This document shows, one piece after another, positions 9,189 to 18,200 of a DNA stretch of 64,000 nt (the stretch's first letter is position 1; each line of letters begins with the position of its first letter). The DNA comes from Parcubacteria group bacterium (GTDB lineage Bacteria > Patescibacteriota > Minisyncoccia > JACPHC01): NCBI GenBank assembly GCA_016188775.1, contig JACPHC010000001.1, positions 45,519 to 109,518 on the forward strand. The letters are read 5' to 3'. The notes beneath the pieces were generated by a model. That model searched no databases. It worked only from the letters and a program-made list of their open reading frames with translations, and was not told where the DNA came from. A program made the translations under genes and the position numbers.

Positions 9189-10397
9189 TTATTTTCTGAC
9201 AAAAGCTTCTTTAGGCGAAAGATAAGCGGCGCGGCGCGCCGGCCAAAATCCCGCCACTAACCCAATAAAAATCGAAATAATGATAATAAACGCGATAAAC
9301 CAAATTGGGGTAATAAAAAGATCAAACGGTTTTCCGCCAAGCCTGCTGATTAAAACGCTTAATCCAAAATTAATAATTTTTCCTCCGCCAACCCCCAATA
9401 TTACGCCTCCAACTCCTCCTAAAAACCCCATCATCGAAGATTCCATTAAAAATAAATTTCTTACGTCTTTATCGGTCGCTCCCAAGGATTTAATAATTCC
9501 GACTTCATAGATTCTTTCAAGAAAACCGACGATCATCGTGTTAAACATTCCAATAGCCGATACGATCAAAGCGGTCACGCCAAAAATCCCCAAAACGATT
9601 GTTATAATATTCAAAATTTTTTTTGCTTGAGTTACAAGATCAATGCGACTTGATATAAGAAAACCTTTTTCAAAAAGAATGTCTCTAAGCTTTTCTAAAA
9701 CATCCATATTCTTAGCTTTTATTAAAAGTTTTCTAAAAAACGGCGGTTCTTTATCGATAAAATTAGTCGGTATTATGGCTATTGGCGGAAGAGTTTCATC
9801 CGTGATAATTCCTTTCAAGAAAAGGGGGGTTTTTGTTCTTCCCGGTTCCAATAAGTTTCCTTTTTCGTCCTGATAAAAGATATCAAAATTCAACTCTTTT
9901 CCCAAAAAAGTTTCATTGATGGGGAAATTAAGCAATTCCGCGGTTTGAGCGGAGATTATAGCTCCAGCCTCGTCTTCTTTAAAATTCGCGCCAATATCGG
10001 GCGTTACGCCCGACACGCGAAAATAGCTTGATTTTACGATTGTAGTAAAAATAAGTCCGGAAACATCCCCTGATTTTATTTCGCCGGAAAATTCAGCAAT
10101 CGGACTGATTTCATCAATTTCGCTTATCTTTTTTAAATTTTCTATTTCCGAATTTTTTATGAACAATTCGATTTCAGAGGGATATGAAACTTCTAAAGTA
10201 ATCAGCGAATCTTCGGTTGTGACCAATCGTCCGATCAAAATAAACTGAAGTCCGTAGCCAAGCGAAACTAAAAATAAAACCGCGCCAATTCCGATAGACA
10301 TCCCCAGAATCGTAAGAAAAGTTCTTAGCGGTTTTATCCGGAATGTTCTAAACGAAAGTTTTAATAAATCAATAAATCTTAAATGATTTTCTGCCAT
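9189..10397 (-). CDS. ABC transporter permease, FtsX/MacB/LolE family
   Basis: 402 aa. TM1, a ~200-aa extracytoplasmic domain, then 3 C-terminal TMs. FtsX-domain motif IKSLGATDKDVRNLFLMESSMMGFLGG. Confidence 0.8.
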   Translation of the reverse strand: MAENHLRFIDLLKLSFRTFRIKPLRTFLTILGMSIGIGAVLFLVSLGYGLQFILIGRLVTTEDSLITLEVSYPSEIELFIKNSEIENLKKISEIDEISPIAEFSGEIKSGDVSGLIFTTIVKSSYFRVSGVTPDIGANFKEDEAGAIISAQTAELLNFPINETFLGKELNFDIFYQDEKGNLLEPGRTKTPLFLKGIITDETLPPIAIIPTNFIDKEPPFFRKLLIKAKNMDVLEKLRDILFEKGFLISSRIDLVTQAKKILNIITIVLGIFGVTALIVSAIGMFNTMIVGFLERIYEVGIIKSLGATDKDVRNLFLMESSMMGFLGGVGGVILGVGGGKIINFGLSVLISRLGGKPFDLFITPIWFIAFIIIISIFIGLVAGFWPARRAAYLSPKEAFVRK

Positions 10398-10417
10398 AAA
10401 ATTTTTCGCGAAATAAT

Positions 10418-11713
10418 TTAAAGAATTCCGCCGGGATACGCTTCTTGCCCTCTTAAAATAGCCTCCAATTTTTCGGAGATTTTTTGGGTGCTGCGAAAAG
10501 ATAATCCGACGCCATACTCTTTTTTAGATTTGTTCGCGATTTTTTTGAATCGTTCCGGCGTAATGATTGATTTTAATCTCTCCGCGATAAGTTCATTTAA
10601 TCTATGATTTTGCAATTCGCTTAATTTGCCATGATAATCTTCAATAAGCCACATTCTGATTTTTTCCACTTCATCGCGGATTGGCGATTCCAGATTATAT
10701 TCAAGCTCCTCATAAACTTTTTTAATCTCTTTTCTTTTTTGAATAATATCGTCGATGAAACGGCTGATTCGTTCGGCTTTTTGCCGCCAAAGGCCGACGC
10801 CATTCTGCTTAAAAGGGCGGTCGAGAACTCTTCGAAAAATATCGCTGTCAATATGATTTTTCAGCCGTTCAAGAAGAAAAAATTCAAATCTTTTAATTTC
10901 TTCGATAGAATAGCCGCGCATAAATAATTGAGCCAAAGATTGAGCCGATACTTCAACGCTTGTAAGCTCCGGAGTTAATTCCTGATAAAGATGATGAGAA
11001 AGCGATTCAGCGACTGTTTTTGGCGTCGGATTTTCAGTTTTGGTTACAACGCCGTCTTTTAGATAAAAAATTCTTTTAACGTCTTTTAAGCTCCAGGCTT
11101 CATGAGTAACCATAATAATTGTCCGGCCGTCTTTTTTATTAAGTTCTTTTAAAAATTCCAAAACTCTTTTGGCGTTATCAGAATCAAGGTTTCCAAGCGG
11201 TTCGTCCGCTAAAATAATTGGCGGATTATTCGCCAGAGCTCTTGCGATGCCCACTCTTTGCTGTTGCCCTCCGGAAAGTTCAAACGGATAACGATTCGCC
11301 ATTTCTTTAATCCCGAGCCTTTCCAAAAGTTTTAAAGTTTCTATTTTTCTTTTGTCTTCAGAAATTCCCAAAAAAGCCATGGGCAAAGCGACATTTGCTA
11401 AAACGGTTAAAGAAGGTATTAAATTAAATTGTTGAAAAATTATGCCGACTCCGATTTGACGGTATATCGCCGCCTCTTTTTTTGAAACACTGGTAATATC
11501 TTTATTATTTATATAAATTTTTCCTTCTTGGGGCTGATCTATCCCCGCGATTAAATAAAGAAGCGAGGTTTTTCCGCTTCCTGAAGGGCCGAAAAAAGCC
11601 ACGTATTCCCCCTTTTCTATTTCAAGATTTATATCTTTTAAAGCTTGGGTTTCGGAAGGTTTCCCTTTATCATACCAAAGATTGATATTTTGTATTTTAA
11701 TAATCGAATCCAT
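10418..11713 (-). CDS. ABC transporter ATP-binding protein (MacB/LolD/FtsE-like) with ~200-aa C-terminal extension
   Basis: Walker A GPSGSGKTS. ABC signature LSGGQQQRVGIARAL. Walker B ILADEPLGNLD. The long helical, charged C-terminal tail is unusual for this family. Confidence 0.85.
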   Translation of the reverse strand: MDSIIKIQNINLWYDKGKPSETQALKDINLEIEKGEYVAFFGPSGSGKTSLLYLIAGIDQPQEGKIYINNKDITSVSKKEAAIYRQIGVGIIFQQFNLIPSLTVLANVALPMAFLGISEDKRKIETLKLLERLGIKEMANRYPFELSGGQQQRVGIARALANNPPIILADEPLGNLDSDNAKRVLEFLKELNKKDGRTIIMVTHEAWSLKDVKRIFYLKDGVVTKTENPTPKTVAESLSHHLYQELTPELTSVEVSAQSLAQLFMRGYSIEEIKRFEFFLLERLKNHIDSDIFRRVLDRPFKQNGVGLWRQKAERISRFIDDIIQKRKEIKKVYEELEYNLESPIRDEVEKIRMWLIEDYHGKLSELQNHRLNELIAERLKSIITPERFKKIANKSKKEYGVGLSFRSTQKISEKLEAILRGQEAYPGGIL

Positions 11714-11716
11714 ATT

Positions 11717-12148
11717 TTATTTTTTTTTGCTGATTTTTTCCACAAATTCAATAATTTCTTTCGGCAGATTATCTCCTTTAATTAAATAATTTTCCGCCCC
11801 TAATTTTTTTGCTTCGTCTATGAAAATTTTTTCGCTATAACCCGAGAAAATAATAACTTTAATATTCTTAAGTTCCGGATCGGTTTTTATTTTTTTAAGC
11901 AAATTAAAACTTCCTTCCGGACTTAAGATTAAACGGCCATTAATGACTTGCGGCATTAAGAGATCTAAAAATAAAATATTGGGCCGGGTTTTGGGATTTT
12001 TAATTATTTCATTGGCTTTTTCCAGGCTGTCGACAGTTTCGAATTCATATTTATTTTCAAGGCCGTGAATCCAAAAAATATCGCGAAAATAAATACGCAA
12101 TACTTCATCGTCATCCACGAAAAGAATTTTTGTTTTTTTTTCATCCAT
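11717..12148 (-). CDS. single-domain response regulator (CheY-like receiver)
   Basis: 143 aa. ILFVDDDE acidic pocket, phospho-acceptor D in FLDLLMP, T/S in IIFSG, K in YLIKG. No output domain. Confidence 0.85.
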   Translation of the reverse strand: MDEKKTKILFVDDDEVLRIYFRDIFWIHGLENKYEFETVDSLEKANEIIKNPKTRPNILFLDLLMPQVINGRLILSPEGSFNLLKKIKTDPELKNIKVIIFSGYSEKIFIDEAKKLGAENYLIKGDNLPKEIIEFVEKISKKK

Positions 12149-12154
12149 AACACT

Positions 12155-12187
12155 AATCCGAAGCGTTTAAAAATATGCTTCGGATTT
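12155..12187 (-). terminator. 10-bp-stem hairpin downstream of the giant gene
   Basis: AATCCGAAGC-N12-GCTTCGGATT. The U-run on the minus strand is weak. Confidence 0.3.
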
Positions 12188-12212
12188 GATGTAAATTATT
12201 TTATTTTCAATA

Positions 12213-15200
12213 TTATCTTATTTTTCTTAAGAATTTAAACGTTTCTTCGAAATTTTTAAAAATTACATCTAAAATTGATTCGGTTTGACGCGGCGTTATG
12301 ATCGTTCTAATCGGAAAAATCGATTTATTTCCGGCCTGATCCACGGAGGAAATCTGAATTCTGTAAATTTTACCTGATCTAAGATTAGTTAAAATAACAG
12401 TGTGATCCAAGACCCAGCTATTGGATATCTCGATTTTATTCGCAAACTCTTTATCCGTTTTACTGCTCCCTTCTTCGTAAAAAACAATAGAAGTCGCCGG
12501 TTCGTCGGTTTTCCAGCTAACGATTGTTTGCGCTCGATCGGCCCTTCCCGGCACGAGAGCGCTATCAATCTTAAGAGAGGATATTTCGGGTGGCGTTACG
12601 TCTTTGCTTGTCGTCGCTTTTAAAATTTCTTTCGTTTCAACCAGATTTTCCAATTCATTATATCCAAAAGCTTTTACCTCGTATGTTGTCGCCGGATTAA
12701 GATTTTCAATTAAAATATCGTGAAATGGCCTTTTAACTTCGTCGATTTTTCTATTTATTGCGTTTGTTTTTAAATTTTTATATTCAACTATTGAAGTTGT
12801 CGGCTCGCCGGTTGTCCAAATAACTCGAAATGAATCTTTCTTAATATCGCTGATGATTGCCTGAAATTTAGCCGCTTTTGTGACAAAAACTATATCCGGA
12901 CTGCGGCCAATGGCTTGCGGCAAACTGAACGATTTGACCATAAAGTGGTATTCCGTGTTTGATTTTAAATTAGACAGAATAATTTGATGGTCAAGGACTT
13001 TATTTTCAATATCGGAAACTTCAGCCGCATAAGGATTAATATTCTTAAGATTATATTCTTCGTTCGCGGAGTAAGAAACCACCGAATATGTTTTAACATT
13101 GGTTCGCCATTTTATGGTTGCTGAATTTTCGGTAACATCAATCGCTTCCGGCGTTTGAATGAACGGCGGAAAGACGCTTGGCAAAATCGACTCAAGAGAG
13201 CTTTCAATCGCGTCCTGGAATTGCTGCGCGTTTTCCAAAGTGGTTAACTCTTGAAGCGCTTCGGCAAAAAATTTGGTTTGAAAGATTTGATCATCCGAAT
13301 AAGACGAATTACCGGCTGAATCAACCGCTTTTATTTTATAGTGATATTCGGTTCCGGTTATCAAATTTCTTAATTGTCCGGCATGTCCTTCTGACCATTC
13401 CGGAATACCGACAATAAATCCGTAATCTTTTGTTTTTCCGTATTCAATGAATGCCACGGACGATTCATCTGTTTTAAATTTAATTATCGCTTCAAAGGCG
13501 CCGATAGATTCAATATTGATTTCGCTAATAACCGGCGGCGCGGTGTCTTTCGGCGGCTGAGGCGGAGCAGCGGCTCCGGAGCTGAAGATTACCACCTGTC
13601 CTTGTTTTTGAGTTTTAAGAACGTTTTCGACTGAAATTGTTTCATTGCCGGCCGCGTCTTTTGATTTAACTTTATAATAATAATTTGTTTCCGAATTTAA
13701 GCCGGTCAAAGAAACGACGTGATTAATTGATAATGCCGAATCAAGCGTTGTTGTAGTTGTATAACTTCCGCTTTGCCCTCCGTACTGAACTTGAGAAGTT
13801 GCCGGTTCATCGGTTGTCCAAACAATAACTCCGGCTTCAGAGCTTATGACGGGCGTTGAAATATTGGAAATAATCGGCGGGTTTAAATCTAACGCTGTTC
13901 GGAAGCTGTAATACATATTATTATTTTTGTCGGTCGTTGTGTTTCCCAAAGAATCAGTTGATTTTACGTAATAATAGTATGTTGTGGCGGCGGAAAGATT
14001 TGCTAAATCAACTTTATGCTGATATGTCGGACCGGACCCTCCGACTAAAATAGCGCTTCCGATTTCAAGAGGGCTTGTAAAAGCGGAGTTTAACGAATAA
14101 ACAACAAAAGAATTTGAATCTAAATTAGTGTTCCAGAATATTGTCGCGGTTTTATCCGTTACGTTGATTTCGGTTACATTAGATACAACCGGACCGCCCG
14201 CGGTTATAAGGGAATATCCGGCTCCGTTATTATCGTTTACGCCGATATTGCTGGCGATATCTTTTGATTTAACGCGAAAGAGATAATTCGTGCTTGGCGT
14301 TAAACCAGAAACAACCAATTCGTGCGAAGTGACGAATGAAGAACTTCCAGCGCTTAAATTAAAACTCGTGCTTGGAGAAATTGAATATTCAATCGCGGAA
14401 TCAGAAAGTTCATCGGTGGTCCAAGTTATTCTGGCGCTAGTATTGCCGGATTCAGCTATCGCAACGCCGGAAATAGTCGGAGCCGTGACATCGGTTCCGC
14501 CTTGACCGTTTGGAGAATCGCTTTGCGTTGAAGAATAATTAGAAATATCTCCATCCGTGTCAACAAAAATAATTTTATAAGAATAAGTCGTATTTGAGGC
14601 GACTGAAAAATCAGCGTAATAATTAGTGGCGCTCGCGGTAATCGTGTTTAACAATGAGAAATTAATTCCGTCAGTCGATCGATAAAGATCATACTTGCTG
14701 AATTGAGCGTTTACTGGCGCGTTTGAAGGCCAAAGCCCCCAAGAAACGAATTCCCTGAATTCTTGGGTTTGAAGATTAGAAACGTCTTTAATATTAAAAT
14801 TAGTCGGAGTAAGCGGAGCGTTCGCCGAAGCGACAATAATATTGCTATAAACATCGCGAAGTTCCAGCCAAACAATTTCATAAGAAGGCGAACCGGTTAA
14901 AGTCCAACTTGGGTTTCCGGTGAATGAAGAGGAGGCGACATTTTGCCAAACTCCGCTGGAAGAATTTAGTCCGTCGGCTGATTGATCGCTGTTATTGGAA
15001 ATCCGATATTGGATATTAGCGTCATCCGTAAAATTTAGAGTTAATTGGTCTGTTCTTGAATCAATTTTAAATTGAGTCGCGACCGGATTTTTAGTGTCCA
15101 AAACAAAAGCGGCGCTTATCGCTTGAACCGTGTTATTCACCGGCTCGCCATCATTGGCTGTTACGCGGATTTTAGCTTGCGTTGAATAATTTCCGGGAAT

Positions 15201-18200
15201 ATGGCTTTTCGCGTCCCAAATAGCGGCATAAATAGTGTAACTCGCCTGAAGAACGGCTTTATTCGCCGTATCCCCTGTTGCTAAATTGCCTGATGGAATA
15301 GGAGTCCATAAACTGCCGTTATTCAAACTATATTCAAAAGAAGGCGCGATAAAGCCGGGAGTAAAGGTGCCGCTATTAGTATCTTGATCCCGAACGCTAT
15401 ATTGAATATTTACTTTCCCCCAGTTAACGTTTAGGGAATCGCTTATTTGAGAAGCGGATATTCCTCCGGCTGATGTTGTCGGATAATTCGGGTCAAAATC
15501 AGGCGGACCGTTTTGAACATAAGTTATTGTAAAATCATTAATGGTTGGCGTCGCGCTGCCTGTGGTTGACCCGGAATCCAAAAACATTTCTATTTCAAAA
15601 TAGCGAAATGTCGGATTGGCGGTTCCCGCGTCATTGGTAATGGTCGCGCCTGAAGTTGTGTAATAAGGCGACCATAAAGCGGAAGCGAGCGCTCCCGACC
15701 CCTGCGCGTTTGTCGCTCCGCGAGTTCGAAATTTTACTAATGTTCCGGAGGGCGTACTCGCGGTCCAATCAATTCTGGTAAACTGGGCGTCGCTTGCGGT
15801 ATCAAGTTTTAAGTTAGTGATTGTTCCTGTTGTATTATAGCCGTTGTAAATAATGGTAATGTCTTGGACAGTGGCATTGCCGGTAATAGTGATTTTCCAT
15901 TTGAGAGAGGTGCCGTTGGTCGTAAAATTATATTTTGTGCCCGGTGTAGCAGTATTGAAAGTCGTTCCATTATCATTGGAAAGCTGATACGTAATACTCC
16001 CTGTCCCCACCGTATCATTCTTCGTCAAAGTGGCGTAGGCGATATTGGTCGCCAGCGTATCCACCACGATAGATTGGGCGCTTTGGCTCGCGCCAACGGC
16101 CGTAAACTTGGCAAACTTCCCTCCATCTCCGCCAAGATATATCATCGCGTTGGCGGAGTCGTAGGCAAGGGCGTTAAAATTGTTCGCGCCCCAGAAAGAA
16201 GAAGTTTTAGCGGTTAAATCTACTACATTACCATTGGCTCCGTCGCAAGGATTAATTACCTGGCATTTTCCAAAACCAGCGGTTGTATGCTTCATCCCTA
16301 TATAAATTGTTCCATCAGCTAAGTCAAAAGTTAAAGCGCCGACAGGTCTATTAAGAAACGACGATCCCGCTAATTTACTTGATAAATCCGTGGCATTGCC
16401 ATTGGCTCCGTCGCAGGGGCTGGCTGTGGCGCACTTAGCAAACTTCCCTCCATCTCCGCCAAGATATATCATCGCGTTGGCGGAGTCGTAGGCAAGAGTA
16501 TTAATATTCGTTAACCAAAAAGAGGAAATTTTAGCGGTTAAATCGTATGCTGTATTCGCAGTTCCGCAAGCAGTAGTACTGACGCAGTATTTGGCAAACT
16601 TGCCGGCATTGCCTCCTAAATATATCGCGTTATTTGCTGAATCAAAAGTTAAAGCCCTAATATTATTTGTTCCCCAAAAGCTGGAAATTGCGCTGTCTAA
16701 ATTCGTGGCATTGCCGTTAGCTCCGTCGCAAGGGCTTGAAGTGGTACATTTGGAAAATGAAAGTTGGGTAGAAGCTCCCCCACCGCCCACATACACCGCA
16801 TTATTAGTTGAATTAAAAGTAAGCGCAATAATATTTACTCCGCCCCATGCTCCCGTTCCTTTACTGGTTAAATCAGTAGCCGTATCAGTGCCAATCGTAT
16901 ACTTGGCAAACTTGCCGGCATTGCCTCCTAAATATATCGCGTTATTTGTTGAATCAAAGGTTAGAGCGTTAATATTATTTGTCCCCCAAAAACTTGAAAT
17001 CTTGCTCGTCAAATCCGTAAAAGTATTCGTTCCCGAAACGTATTTGCCGAATTTTCCGTTGTCGGCGCCGATGTAGATGTCGCCGTTGGAGGCGCGGACA
17101 AGGGCTTTTTGCGGACCGGTGTAGCGAGCGGCAAAACCGCTCCATTCATCGGCGCCGATATCCCACGAGGTTGAACTCGCGTAAAGCGAACTTGTCGCCG
17201 CGCGGTCTTGGCTATCCGCGTCATTTTTAAAGGTGGCCGACAAATCCGCGCCGGCATTTTTGGCAACCGAACTCTCTAAAATATGTAAATCTTCCATGCC
17301 CGCCGTAGTGGACACAAAAGCGATCTGCGTCAGCGTCTGATTGATCAGCGACCCCGTACCCGGCGCGGTCGCGTCCGAGGAGATATTATTGGAGGAAGAG
17401 GCGCTCCAAGAGCCGCCGTTGGCGTTGTAGTCAGTGGTATTACCAGTAGAGATATTGTTGCGAAGAACTGGATTGGCTGTGGTGTTATTGACGGGATTAA
17501 TAAAAAATCCTGAGCCATTCCCATACGCAATGTTGTTATAAAAATATCTTGTTAAGCCACCGTCAAAGTACCGAAATCCGATACTGTATCCATACACTAC
17601 ATTATTATAAATAAGACCGTTTCTAGAGTCATTGCTTATGCTTAGGGCAAAGGTATTAGGCTGTGTAGCCGAATTCGCGTGAATAAGATTATTTCTTATT
17701 ATTAAATTCCTAGACGGCCACCCAGTCCCAATGGCTACTCGCCAATTATTATTATCTTGTTCTATTTCCATCCATTCAACAATAGTATTATCACTTTTTA
17801 TCTCTACAGCAGGAAGTCCATTAAAAATAAGTTTCGCGCCACTTCCCGCTACGCCGGTATGCCGCGAACCGGGCTCGGCAGTCAGCCACATATAATGCGT
17901 GGCGTCCGTAGTGGAGACGTCAATGGTCACGCCGGCGGTAAAAGTGGAGTCCTTATACGCCTCGCCTTTTTCGATGGTCCCGGCGGTGGTGAGAATGGTG
18001 GAAAGCGTGGCGGTTGAAAGCGATGTTCCTCCAGTGAGCGTTTCGCCGGCCGCAAAAACGCCTGTCAAAACATCCACGGTCATGTACGACTCGGAGGCGC
18101 TCGGTGTATCTCGTTCTTTGATGTAAGTACCAGTCGCGCCGGAGGTAAGGCCGGTAATGGTCTCACTTTCAGTGAATGCCGCCGATTGTCCTGAAATTTT

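Noticed and set aside
16591-17076. 161-aa plus-strand ORF (and several other 60-230-aa antisense ORFs) inside the 2551-aa gene
   Set aside because: They lie entirely within a much longer, motif-rich minus-strand ORF. Their internal repeats simply mirror the sense-strand tandem repeats. They are shadow ORFs.
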